64,000 bases of DNA from Octopus bimaculoides (GCF_001194135.2 NC_068993.1:26285259-26349258); one strand, 5' to 3'. Positions 41,277-53,971 are shown, counted from the first letter of the stretch. Numbers and translations are program-made. The notes: generated by a model from the sequence alone, not told the origin.

Positions 41277-42028
41277 TGGGTGCAGATTGTATCAATAATC
41301 AACTAGAGGAGGCATCCTCTTAGGATTAAAAAGAAAACCTTATGTCAGAAAGGTAACTTAAAAACTCCAATAGACTGATAAAATAAAAAACCAGACTGAA
41401 AATAATACTGTGTCATTATAATTGATCAAAAATCTTTGAAGGCTGTGGTAAGGCCATACTCCAATGATTGAAACAAGTAAAAAATTAAAGGAATAAAAAA
41501 TATGAATTGGAATTACATTTACATATTATTAGCTAGAATATTCATAAATGAATTGGCAGAGTTGCTCAGGTAATTTACTTATAGGTTCCATATTCAAATC
41601 TACAGCTGGTGGTGCTTCAGAGTATTCAAGGGGTAAAACACTGCATTCTCCATTGTTGCAATTCACCTATGAATTGGAAATAGGTAGTAGATCAATATGG
41701 CAATATTCACCATTAGACCAGAGTTTGAAAACTGTCTTGTTATTGGATCCACTCTGAGACTCTTATATATACATATGACAGATAACATATACAATCCATT
41801 CCACATGCAGCTCATTATGAAAAAGCTTCCACTTTTCAATATCTTCATTTGCTCCTATGTTGTGTGAAACAAAGGAATTGAAACTTCTGTTGATATCTCA
41901 TATTGACTTTTGGTGAAAAATGCATTCTTGATTATATCACCAAAAGCCGATGTGAGAGTTTCTCCCATAGTATCTACCACAGTATAATTTGTTTTAACAG
42001 AATATCCACATTTAAGTGGAGATACATA

Positions 42029-42588
42029 CAGGGTTATTGAAAAAGAAGGTGCAGATTTTAAATTTATTTTTAAAACAAATGGTAAGAGACACAAACACAT
42101 TCTACATATTTCTTGACAGGGGAAGGTTTAAAGTTTATTTTAAGGTAGTATGCACTCAACATGAGCACCATGTGTTGCTCGACAAACATTGAAATGGTAG
42201 TCAATTTCTTGCCACACTCAAAACAACCGATCTCTGGATAGTGTAACGAGATAGATCTTTATTGAATTGGCGGCAAAATTCACATTGCACTTACACAATC
42301 GATTTGCATTTCTCAAACTGCAGCACACAAAAAGACTTTTCTTGTGGCGTCGCCATTTACTAAGGTATTACACAAATGAAAATTATACCACTTTAAATAA
42401 AATGAACAAAATGAAACATTAAAACAAAATGAAAATATTATTTTATTTAAGGCTTAATTCAATTGATCATGTTTAGTTAAAAACTTTAAACCTTCCCCTA
42501 TCAAGAAATATGTAGAATGAGTTTGTTTCTCTTATCGTTTGTTTTAAAAATAAATTTGAAATCTACCCTTTCTTTTTGAATAACCCTG
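42029..42588 (-). mobile_element. Tc1/mariner internal-deletion derivative with ~110-bp TIRs
   Basis: TA|CAGGGTTATT...AATAACCCTG|TA, with TIRs at 42029-42137 and 42481-42588. The minus strand has the N-terminus MATPQEKSFCVLQFEKCKS joined to the C-terminus QEIDYHFNVCRATHGAHVECI. Confidence 0.85.
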
Positions 42589-42924
42589 TATTACCTCTCA
42601 GTATTAATACTGCCTCAGTCGCTAATATACATCAGTTGATATCGAGTTGGCCATATTTGATTAGTAAAGGAATTTGGTGAAGAACTCTTTCTGTGATAAG
42701 AGAAGGAAGATTAACTAAGCTTGCCTCAAGGCAATCTTGATTGTATGAGTATGACAATTTGAAAGAAATGTGGACGATTTATTCTATGCAAACAGCTTAG
42801 AACTTTCTTGTCATTTTTTATACACTTTGCAATATATGTTTCCTCTACCATTCTCCAATCACAGCAACATAGTTCATGTTTATATATATATATATATTTA
42901 AAGGATACAATGCATATCATTACA

Positions 42925-43057
42925 TGCTACTAATAGTTTTATATGTTGAGAAATATCCCAAACATATTCTTCAGGCACAAACCATAAATAATCATCCCTG
43001 TTTGTGCCTGAAGAATATGTTTGAGATATTTCTCAACATATGAAACTGTTAGTGGCA
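42925..43057. ncRNA. 58-bp-arm hairpin made of two divergent type I hammerhead motifs
   Basis: Arms 42925-42982 and 43000-43057 have 4 mismatches and a 17-nt loop. The plus arm reads GTGC-CTGAAGA-ATATG(T)TTGAG ATATTT CTCAA CATAT-GAAAC TGTTA GTG-GCAC. Confidence 0.7.
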
Positions 43058-43276
43058 CTTAAAGACATGTATTGTGTCCTTTAGATAAATAATATCTCTC
43101 ACCAGATGGAGTACTTTTTTTGTTGAATTTTCTATCATGGAACAAGTACATTATATATANNNNNNNNNNATCATCATCATTATCACCATCATCATCATCA
43201 TTTAATGTCTGTTTTCCATGTTGGCATGGGTTGGATGATTTGACCTCAGGCTCCATTGTCTGTTCTGGTATATATC

Positions 43277-43327
<51 letters not shown>

Positions 43328-43329
43328 TG

Positions 43330-43980
43330 TGCTTGGGGAGGCCTGTCAAACCAAGTGAAATTGTAGTCATGGCTGATGCCAGTGCTATCTGATTGGCACC
43401 CATGTTGGTGGCACATAAATGGCACCTTCGTGTGTTGGGCCTCATGGAGGCAGTGACATCACACAGAGTGAGATTGTAGTTGTGGCCGATGCAAGTGTAG
43501 CGTAACTAGACCATTAAAAGCACCCTTCAATCGTTTGGTGATACACTGTGCTTGTAAAGATCTGTTGAACTGAGTGAAATCATAGTTGCGGCTGATGCCA
43601 GTGGCGTCTGACTGACACCTATGCTGGTGGCAGATAAAAAGTACCATTTGAGCGTTGGGTCTCGTGGTGGCAGTGACAGGTGACCAAGACCCTTGGCAAT
43701 ATACCATGCTTGTGTTGACCTGTCAAACCAAGTGAGACCATAGTCATGGCCAATGCTGGTGTCAGGTCAGTGACACCCATGCTGATGGCACATAGAAAGC
43801 ACCCACTACACTCCCAGAGTGGTTGGTGTAAGGAAGAGCATCCAGCCATAGAAACCTTGCCAAATCAGATTGGAACCTGGTGCAAACCCTTGGCTTACCA
43901 GTTTTCATTCAAACTGTCCAACCCATGCCAGCATGGAAAGCAGACATTAAATGATGACGACGACAATGATGATGATGATA
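43330..43980 (+). mobile_element. RTE-related 3' region with ~4 internal subrepeats and (GAT)n tail
   Basis: Repeated GTCAAACCAAGTGA.A...TAGT.(A/G)TGGC.GATGC.AGTG units, then GCACCCACTACACTC...GTCCAACCCATGCCAGCATGGAAAGCAGACATTAAATGATGA. Confidence 0.6.
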
Positions 43981-44199
43981 ATATATATACATTATAAATA
44001 ATGCATACGTACACATGCATGTACATACATGCACACACACACACACACACGCACACACATATATACTTTTTATTATATTTATCATAAGACACAATATAGC
44101 ATTATATTATATATATTACACATTTAGAGAATGATTATCTATTTTAATTGATATAACAAGACATTTCAATTTTGCTCAGTATACAAACTTTCAGTTTTC

Positions 44200-44430
44200 A
44201 TTTGTACTGAAGTCAAAGGGGTTAGTTAACCACATTGGTGATTACTTATGATATACAGTGGAAAATGGCTGTTTAAGGGGTTGGACTCTCTTTGATTGTG
44301 TTTAAACAAATAGTTAATTAATTATTGACATATACCCTTTTGAGGTCAATAAAATATGTACCAGTTGAACACTGGGTTTGATGTAATCAACTTATTGCCT
44401 CCCCTGAACTTGCTGGTCTTGTGCCAAAAT
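44200..44430 (+). mobile_element. SINE family B, decayed, plus strand
   Basis: CCTTTTGAGGTCAATAAAATATGTACCAGTTGAACACTGGGTTTGATGTAATCAACTT...GGTCTTGTGCCAAAATTTGAAACCAATT. Confidence 0.55.
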
Positions 44431-45097
44431 TTGAAACCAATTATAGACTTATACACACATACACAAGCACACACTCACATGTACACAAATAGATACAAAT
44501 GCATATACATGCATATACACATGCACACACATATGCACACATGCATACACACACACACACGTACAAGTCTGCACAGACATATATGCAAACATACACATAT
44601 GCAAGCACAGATATGTACACACAATATTAACATGTTATTGCTATCCGTCAAGGTTAAATCTATTGCCAGCTATCATCTTTTAGGTAGAATATAAATCATG
44701 TGGAACCTTTGTGTAGAATTTGTTGTTTGATCATACCTCACATTGTCAGGAGAAAATAGGTCATGTGATTGACATTTCAGCTGTTCATGTAAAGATTTCC
44801 ATTCTTGAGACTACTCACACATCAAAAGCAGCCAGATATTAACCTTAGATTCAAGAAAACTATCTTTAGGAAATGTCAAGTTTGGGTTTTACTAGAATCA
44901 TTGTTAAGACTTCTAGTACATTGTTTGGTTAAACTTTGTCTGACAAATCTGAAGACTGATAATATCTGGTTTCTAAAATAATAGCACTATTTCTGAAATT
45001 GAAGAAAAAAGAGTTACAATACCATGATGTCAACCAATATTGATCAATGACAGATAGCAGAGGCAAAATGGCTGAGAGGCAGAGATAGTGTGTGTGT

Positions 45098-45186
<89 letters not shown>

Positions 45187-45413
45187 CGTGCGTGTGTTCA
45201 TATCTGTTTCAAGTATTTAGTTGTTATTGTTTTGCTCCAAGTCTACTCTGGGTCTAAGCCATGATATCTCATTGTTTTGCATATCAGGGTCTACAGTATG
45301 CAATGTATTTAAAATAGTTGGCAGAGTAAGATTTCATCAAATATATTGTAAATTAGCTACAGCTTAAGGTCTTACAATGCTCAGGGATTTCAAAATAATT
45401 ATCAAGCAGATGT

Positions 45414-45810
45414 GTAAGGCACAGGCAGGGCTACGTGGTAGGAAGGTTGCTTCCCAACCACATGGCTCTGGGTTAAATCCCACTGCATGGCAAGTGTCTT
45501 CTACTATAACGTCAGGTCGAACAAAGCCTTGTGAGTGGATTTGATAGATAGAAACCAAAAGAAGCCTATTGTATAAGTGTGTGTGTGTGTGTGTGTGTCT
45601 TTGTGTCTATTTTTGTCCCCCCACCACTACTTGACAACTAGTTTTGGTGTGTTTATGGACCCAAAACTTAGCAGTTAGAAAGAAGAGAACAATAGAATAA
45701 GTACCAGGCTTAAGAAAAAACAAAGTACAGGGGTTGATTCATTTGACAAAAAATTTTTTAAGATAGTGGTCCAGCATGGCGACAGTTTAATGACTGAAAC
45801 AAGTAATCGG
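45414..45810 (+). mobile_element. SINE family A, full length
   Basis: Same head, core and tail motifs as 35578-36037. Confidence 0.8.
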
Positions 45811-47029
45811 TAACGGTAATAGATGTTCCTATTGCTTGTGAAGACATTCTGGAATAATTTTTAATATAGAGCCTCTACCTTTTCTAAATTAAGGCTTCAT
45901 CAATAACGCTGATATATAGGGTAAGACATTTGGCTTCTATTTCTGATAGATAAAGTAACTGCATAAAGCTGGAGAGAGAAACCTTTGTTAAAAAGATTCC
46001 TCAGGGATGAACTACAAATATTCAACAAGGGGATAAGAACCAGTAACACTATATCAACATTGAAAAAAATAGTGAATCTTTAATTTTACAAATTCATATT
46101 TATGTAACTTCTATGAAATTACTATTTCAATGTTATTGGTTTATATAGGTTATTGATTTGTATGGATATTTAGAGGCTTTATCAGTGAATAGTTTCAAAT
46201 TGCAGTGTGAGAGAGAGTTCACCACCCACTGGCATAATAGAACTCCTCTTATATTCTAAAAGTGTGGAAATGATTCCCTACCATTGGCTTACAGAAAGAT
46301 TCATTTATTAAATGAGAAGTACTTCACCTAACTGTAAAGAACTTCTAGAAAGTTTACTTATGAGAGGCTGACATCCTACCCAGAGTTAGTTTTATTTCTC
46401 ACCTAATTGTTAGTGACTTTGAGTGAAACTGGAGTGAAATTATAGTGAAACAGGGATGAAGCACATAAAACTGGAGTGAAAATGGAGTGTAATTGATTGT
46501 CTCTACAGTGCATGTATAATAGTGTAAATCTCAGTATATAAATGTATGTGTGTGTATGCATGCCTATGTATGTATGTCTAAGAGTGTTTGTGTATATATG
46601 TATGTGTATATGTGTGTATGATTGTATTATATATGCATAGATGCATGAAGCTGTTTGCTTCAAAATTGTGTCCCAGGTTTGATCCTATGGTGCAGCATCT
46701 TAGATATGTGTCTTTCACAATAGCCTTAAGTCAACCAAAGTCTTTTAAAGTGAAATTGGGTACATGGAAACTGTGTAAAAACCTGCCTGTTTGACTGTAC
46801 ATGCAATTTAAAAATCCAGCCTTGTCATATTGTGTCACACTGATTTTGCTTGAGAATTATATATATTAAGGGTACATGTGTCTATAGACACATCAATAGT
46901 TATGAGAGGCAGAAAGACAAAGGGGTCTGAGATGTCAGAAAGGTAGAGGCACAAGACCTGCCAGCTCCAAGGAACAAAGGCCATTATTGTAATGACAGGA
47001 ATGACAGAGAGAGAAGACAGCACACATGT

Positions 47030-47975
47030 GCACTATAGACTGAATTAGTTCTAGTTAGTAGAGTGGCCCTTCTATGCATGTGATTCAGGATGTTGGTGTG
47101 TCTAGCATCAGCACCATCCTCAATGTAGAGGTGTAATCCACTGCAGGCCTTCAGTTGAGCCTTGTAGATTATCAGCAACTACTGGGGGCTGAAATGCTTT
47201 CTGGACCTGAAGAGAAGGCCCAGTGTTTGGGTCCTAGCTATGTTGAGGATGTACTTTTGCTAATGATAATAAGACACAGTGTTTGAAGCAACTATGAGGG
47301 TTCTAGCTGAGTATCACACGTTTAGTGGCGGTTTGATGTAGCAGTTTTCTTCTTGGTATGAGTAGTGTCTGATTTTGATACTGTTAAAAGAAATATGGTC
47401 AGAATGGTTCCACTGAAGGATTCTCACAATGTCTCTGTTAATGGAATCAATACAGGTTCAGCTTGTCTAGGCTGGTTGTGAATAAAGCAAGGTTGGAGAA
47501 AATTATGGAGGAATGAAGGGTCATGTCATCTGCATAAGATTAAGTGTTGTTGGATGTGACAGCAAGGTCATTGAAAGACAAAAGGAAGAGAGTTGAGAGC
47601 AAATCTAACTCAAGAGAATTCTAGAGTTGATTAAAAAGAGGCAAGATGGAGCCCAGAGGTAAAAAATTTTGATTGGAGATTCACATGCCAGATGGAGTTG
47701 AAGGCTTTGCAGATATCTCGGGCAACATATTGTTTTCACTGAGCCTACTGGTGAGTGACATAATAAAGCAGGCTTTGAAGCAGATTTGTCTCTCTGAAAG
47801 CCAGACTGGTGGTCACTGAAGGGAGAGAGAAATTCAAAGTACTGGAGAATATTATTGTTAATAGTTGGCTCCTTCACATTAGAGATGTTAAAGATGGGGC
47901 TAATAGTATAATAGTTGGCCAGGTCAAAGGTGTTGCCTTTCTTTGGAACAGAGTATACTGAAGCATGCTTCAAAG
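47030..47975 (-). mobile_element. CR1/L2-group LINE reverse transcriptase fragment (pseudogenised)
   Basis: KHASVYSVPKKG...ANY.TIS...FSDHQSGFQR...DICKAFNSIWH...LFLLSFNDL...SYADDMTLHS...LGLLFRSRKHF...LLIIYKAQ. The YADD motif is present; internal deletions and stops. Confidence 0.85.
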
Positions 47976-48521
47976 TGTCAGGGTACGTCCCTGTAGAGAG
48001 AGTGAGATTAAAGAGTTTGGTGAACGTATGTGTTTTGACTAATCTTTATGCATGTGAATATGTGTGTCTGTAACTACCAACTAGGACTGTATAAGCCTTA
48101 AAGGTGAAAGAGCTCAGTGAGAAGGGTGTGACAGATGTGTTTCTCACAGAATGATACACAGCACGATATGATATAATGACAGAAGTAATGGTAAATTGGT
48201 TGAGAATTACTGAATTGTTGGGTTAGGCCTAATTTAAAAGAAAGCTTAGGTGGTTGTTGTGACTTGTAAAGGAGGTGTTTCTGACCTAGAGGGAGAGAAA
48301 GAGAGGGATAGAAAGAGAGAGAGGGAGGAAAAAAGAAAAAGGGAGAGAGATGGTAAATGAATGCTACATAAAATATTAGCGATAGCAAAAGAGAAAGTGC
48401 ATATATATATATATATATGATATATGTATGTATATATATATATGTACGTGTATATGTATACACACACACACACACACACATATATATATGTATGTATATA
48501 TATATGTACGTGTATATGTAT

Positions 48522-48553
<32 letters not shown>

Positions 48554-48577
48554 CTATGTATATANNNNNNNNNNNNN

Positions 48578-48622
<45 letters not shown>

Positions 48623-49919
48623 TATAATTGAATGATGTGTATGTGTGAGTAATTATACACACACATATATATTTACACATATATATAGACATAAATACAC
48701 ATGCACATAAAAATATATATGCACATACATATATACACTCATAAATACATATAATATATAAAAAATGTATACTTACATATATATATATATATATATATAA
48801 TACAAATAATATGTGAGTATATGCATATATATGTACATGTATGTACATACCTACATCTACATGTATATATAGATATATAAAAGACCAAGAGAGAAGAGGG
48901 TGAGAGAGGATGTGCAAAGTTATTGCTTTATGCCCAGTTAAGTTTATTTCTTATCTAGTTGTCTCCACAGTTGGATTGTAGATAAAAGTGAATTTTAACA
49001 CGTCCACTGCTTGTGGCAGAGAATTGGTATATTGACTGGAAATAATTATCCTGGCTAATGGCAGGGTGATTCCTTTATTTAGTGCTTCAATAGCTGACAG
49101 TTGTATCATGAAGTGTGACTAGTTAGCTTGAAGATGTGATTAGACATACATACTTGCATACATACATATTACATACACATATACATACATACATACGTAC
49201 AAATATACATACATATGTACATATATACATATGTACATACATACATGCACAGACACACTCCCATGTGAATATTTATAAATATACACACGTATAAATGTGT
49301 GTGTGTATATATATATATATATACACACATACATATATACATACATGCATATATACATACATATATATGTATTTATGTATAAATGCGTATAAAGGAGTAT
49401 GTATATATATATCTATGTATGTAAATAATGTGCGTGTGTGTATGTACACCTGCACTCACCCCCTTACCCCCATTACTTTGTTTCTGCCGCCATACACTCC
49501 ACTTAGCCATCCACCGCTATTTTGGCTCTTCTTTAGTCATCAGTCTCTCTTCTATTCATCTTCTCTGCCTATGCTTTAAGTAAAAAGATACATCATTAAG
49601 TAGTCACACTACTACATGGTGAAGGCAATTTTTATCAATGTTGATGCCATGGTAAGTGGGGACAATACTGAGTCAAGAGGACGTTCTCATTTTGTTGAAG
49701 ATATCACGACCACTATTAGCACCAGTGACATAATAAAATACATCCCAGTACAAAGTGGTTGGTTATGCAAAGGGCATTGAGCCATTGAATATAAGTCTTC
49801 TGACCCTATCTAGAATGGCAGTAAATCTAAGTAAGTACTGCCTGAGACGATTGTTACTCTCTCTCTATCTTTCTCACTCTCACTCTCTCTCTCTCTCACT
49901 CTCTTTCTCTTTCTGTAAA

Positions 49920-49962
<43 letters not shown>

Positions 49963-50686
49963 NNNNNNNNNNNNNNNNNNNNNNNNNNNNNNNNNNNNNN
50001 NNNNNNNNNNNNNNNNNNNNNNNNNNNNNNNNNNNNNNNNNNNNNNNNNNNNNNNNNNNNNNNNNNNNNNNNNNNNNNNNNNNNNNNNNNNNNNNNNNNN
50101 NNNNNNNNNNNNNNNNNNNNNNNNNNNNNNNNNNNNNNNNNNNNNNNNNNNNNNNNNNNNNNNNNNNNNNNNNNNNNNNNNNNNNNNNNNNNNNNNNNNN
50201 NNNNNNNNNNNNNNNNNNNNNNNNNNNNNNNNNNNNNNNNNNNNNNNNNNNNNNNNNNNNNNNNNNNNNNNNNNNNNNNNNNNNNNNNNNNNNNNNNNNN
50301 NNNNNNNNNNNNNNNNNNNNNNNNNNNNNNNNNNNNNNNNNNNNNNNNNNNNNNNNNNNNNNNNNNNNNNNNNNNNNNNNNNNNNNNNNNNNNNNNNNNN
50401 NNNNNNNNNNNNNNNNNNNNNNNNNNNNNNNNNNNNNNNNNNNNNNNNNNNNNNNNNNNNNNNNNNNNNNNNNNNNNNNNNNNNNNNNNNNNNNNNNNNN
50501 NNNNNNNNNNNNNNNNNNNNNNNNNNNNNNNNNNNNNNNNNNNNNNNNNNNNNNNNNNNNNNNNNNNNNNNNNNNNNNNNNNNNNNNNNNNNNNNNNNNN
50601 NNNNNNNNNNNNNNNNNNNNNNNNNNNNNNNNNNNNNNNNNNNNNNNNNNNNNNNNNNNNNNNNNNNNNNNNNNNNNNNNNNNTAT

Positions 50687-51090
50687 ATTCTTTTATTCTT
50701 TTACTTGTTTGTCATTTGACTGTCGCCATGCTGGAGCACTGCCTTTAGTCGAGCAAATCGACCCCAAGACTTATTCTTTGGAAGCCTAGTACTTATTCTA
50801 TCGGTCTCTTTTGCCGAACCGCTAAGTTACGGGGACGTAAACACACCAGCATCGGTTGTCAAGTGATGGTGGGGGAACAAACACAGACACACAAACATAT
50901 ACACACACATACATATATATATACATATATATGACGGGCTTCTTTCAGTTTCCATCTACCAAATCCACTCACAAGGCTTTGGTCGGCTCGAAGCTATAGT
51001 AGAAGACACTTGCCCAAGGTGCTATGCAGTAGGACTGAACCCAGAACCATGTGGTTCATAAGTAAGCTATTTACCACACAGCCACTCCTA
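50687..51090 (-). mobile_element. SINE family A, full length, relatively young
   Basis: Retains many CpGs (GTCGCCATGC, AGTCGAGCAAATCGACCCC, CCGAACCGC); ends TACCACACAGCCACTCCTA. Confidence 0.85.
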
Positions 51091-51565
51091 TTATTAAAGC
51101 TGCAAAAACATCACAAAAAAACTGCTACGTAGATTTTCACGTTCCAATTTGTCAGGCAGTTGTGATCAAAAATGGAATAAAAATTGTGCTTGTATGTATA
51201 ATGTATATTTTGATATGTTTCAAATTCATGGAGACGGTAAGTATAAATTTTATTTTATATTTCATATTTACTGTCTCATCTTGCATATTTCTGAAAGACC
51301 ATTAGTAAAATCAACCAATCAAATTCAAATGTGAATCTGTCAATTTGAAACATATCAAAATATACATTATACGTACAATGACAGTTTTTATTCCATTTTT
51401 GCTCACAACTGCCTGATGAATGGGAACGTGAAACTCTGTGTAGCAGTTATTTTGTGATATTTTTGTGATGTTTTTGCAGTTTTAATAATAAAGCATATTG
51501 CTCTACCTCAAGTATTTGAGTACTATTTTTTCTGAGCTTGTTTCACATCTATGTGCTGACTTGAG
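51091..51565 (+). mobile_element. Probable Penelope-type pseudo-LTR with 5' inverted partial copy (fold-back)
   Basis: Arm 51091-51226 is inverted relative to 51342-51488, with a 115-bp spacer. The right copy continues to 51565 and ends in (TA)n. It carries a hammerhead ribozyme, as PLE pLTRs do. Confidence 0.65.
51407..51448 (+). ncRNA. Minimal type I hammerhead ribozyme with intact catalytic core
   Basis: Stem I AACTGC(51407-51412)/GCAGTT(51443-51448); CTGATGA(51413-51419); stem II ATG-GGAA-CGT; GAAAC(51430-51434); loop TCTGT; cleavage triplet GTA(51440-51442). Confidence 0.8.
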
Positions 51566-52361
51566 TGTATATATATATATATATATNNNNNNNNNNNNNN
51601 NNNNNNNNNNNNNNNNNNNNNNNNNNNNNNNNNNNNNNNNNNNNNNNNNNNNNNNNNNNNNNNNNNNNNNNNNNNNNNNNNNNNNNNNNNNNNNNNNNNN
51701 NNNNNNNNNNNNNNNNNNNNNNNNNNNNNNNNNNNNNNNNNNNNNNNNNNNNNNNNNNNNNNNNNNNNNNNNNNNNNNNNNNNNNNNNNNNNNNNNNNNN
51801 NNNNNNNNNNNNNNNNNNNNNNNNNNNNNNNNNNNNNNNNNNNNNNNNNNNNNNNNNNNNNNNNNNNNNNNNNNNNNNNNNNNNNNNNNNNNNNNNNNNN
51901 NNNNNNNNNNNNNNNNNNNNNNNNNNNNNNNNNNNNNNNNNNNNNNNNNNNNNNNNNNNNNNNNNNNNNNNNNNNNNNNNNNNNNNNNNNNNNNNNNNNN
52001 NNNNNNNNNNNNNNNNNNNNNNNNNNNNNNNNNNNNNNNNNNNNNNNNNNNNNNNNNNNNNNNNNNNNNNNNNNNNNNNNNNNNNNNNNNNNNNNNNNNN
52101 NNNNNNNNNNNNNNNNNNNNNNNNNNNNNNNNNNNNNNNNNNNNNNNNNNNNNNNNNNNNNNNNNNNNNNNNNNNNNNNNNNNNNNNNNNNNNNNNNNNN
52201 NNNNNNNNNNNNNNNNNNNNNNNNNNNNNNNNNNNNNNNNNNNNNNNNNNNNNNNNNNNNNNNNNNNNNNNNNNNNNNNNNNNNNNNNNNNNNNNNNNNN
52301 NNNNNNNNNNNNNNNNNNNNNNNNNNNNNNNNNNNNNNNNNNNNNNNNNNNNNNNNATATA

Positions 52362-52394
<33 letters not shown>

Positions 52395-52519
52395 CTAGGT
52401 GTCTATTTGTCCACAACACTGCTAGACAACCAGTGCTGGTGTGTTTATGTCCCCATAACTTAGCAGCACAGCAAAAGAAAGCAATAAAATAAGTACCAGG
52501 CTTTAAACAGTAAGTAAGA

Positions 52520-52745
52520 AAGGCGTCAAGCTAGCAGAAACATTAGCAAACCGGGCTAAATATTTAGCAGTATTTCGTCTGCCGTTACGTTCTGAGTTCA
52601 AATTCTGCCGAGGTCAACCAGTTATGCACTGGGGTCAAGTTAAGTACCAGTTATGCACTGGGGTCAATGGAATCGATTTAATCCCTTTGTCTGTCCTTGT
52701 TTGTCCCCTCTATGTTTAGCCCCTTGTGGGCAATAGAAAAATAAG
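52520..52745 (+). mobile_element. SINE family B with internal duplication
   Basis: AAGGCGTCAAGCTAGCAGAAACATTAGC...GTTCTGAGTTCAAATTCTGCCGAGGTC; CCAGTTATGCACTGGGGTCAA is present twice. Confidence 0.75.
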
Positions 52746-53137
52746 AAAGGTTTATGACTTTGACAAATACATTTTCACTGAGCATCACCTCTTGGAGACA
52801 AACTGTTGTCCTTCTTAGCTCTCCATAAAATCTTTAACTTTAGAGATCTTTAATATTATAATTTCTGTTTAACGTGTTAAACATGTTAAATTAAATTTGT
52901 TTGTGCATTCAACACCTACATAAATACAGAAAGATGCACACATAAACCAAGATATGCATATAGGTGCAAGCATGGCTGTGTGGTAAGAAGCTTGTTTCTC
53001 AATCACATGGTGCCTGGTTCACTCCCGCTGTGTGTCATCTCGGTCAAGTGTCTTCTACTATAGTTGATGGTTGACCATAGCCTTGTGACTGGATTTATTT
53101 AGTAAACAGAAACTGAAAGAAGACCATTGTGTATATA

Positions 53138-53380
53138 CAGGGTGTGATGGGTAAATTGATGCCATTTTATATTTTTAATTTCGCGCATGCGCATTGTACG
53201 TTTTTGATTTTGTCGACTACACAGTATAGTAGGGTCAGTTGGGCGCCATCTGAGAGAAAACCAGCACCAGGACACAATTCACTCTGCCAAAAATTTGGAA
53301 ACGACATGCTGTACTGCTTGGCATTTGCACCAGAAGCATTGATACAAACATTTCATAGTGTTTGGGTGTCAGTCTGAGGA
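53138..53380 (+). mobile_element. Tc1/mariner left end (same family as 16330 and 54144)
   Basis: TA|CAGGGTGTGATGGGTAAATTGATGCCATTTTATATTTTTAATTTC...AAATTTGGAAACGACATGCTGTACTGCTTGGCATT. Confidence 0.8.
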
Positions 53381-53863
53381 CATATACTATGTATGTGCGT
53401 GTATGTGTGTGTGTGTGTGTGTGTGCGTATGTGTGTGTGTGAGAGAGAGGGAGATAGAGAGAGAGAGAGAGAGAGAATTGCTCACATAATAAACATGACT
53501 ATATATTCTGAGTATTCCAAATGAATCATAATGTAATCCTTGTATTATCCTTTGTACATCCTGATGATTTTTCATATAATGCAAAATTACATATAAGGTA
53601 CATTAAAAATATAAGGTACATTAAAATGCAAAATTACATTGTTTGTGAAATGAAACAATTATAGGTGAATATGTTAATTAATTAATAAATTAATTTTTAT
53701 CCATTAGATTTCTCTGTTTTCTAACTCAATAATAATATTTGATATTTTACGATATTTCATATAATATATTCATAGAAGAAAAATCTCTTCAAAATACAAT
53801 ATATTAATCCAGTGTATCTTGGATAAAAATATCCCTATAGGAGGTTTAAATATCCTCATTGTG

Positions 53864-53902
<39 letters not shown>

Positions 53903-53971
53903 CATCAGTTGTTCATATATCTGAAAAGAAGCACCCTCCAGAACATTAGGGCAGTAAGATATGTTTTTAAA

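Noticed and set aside
43330-43800. Repeated units as a CRISPR-like array
   Set aside because: Eukaryotic context, degenerate units with homologous rather than unique spacers, contiguous with an RTE-type 3' tail.
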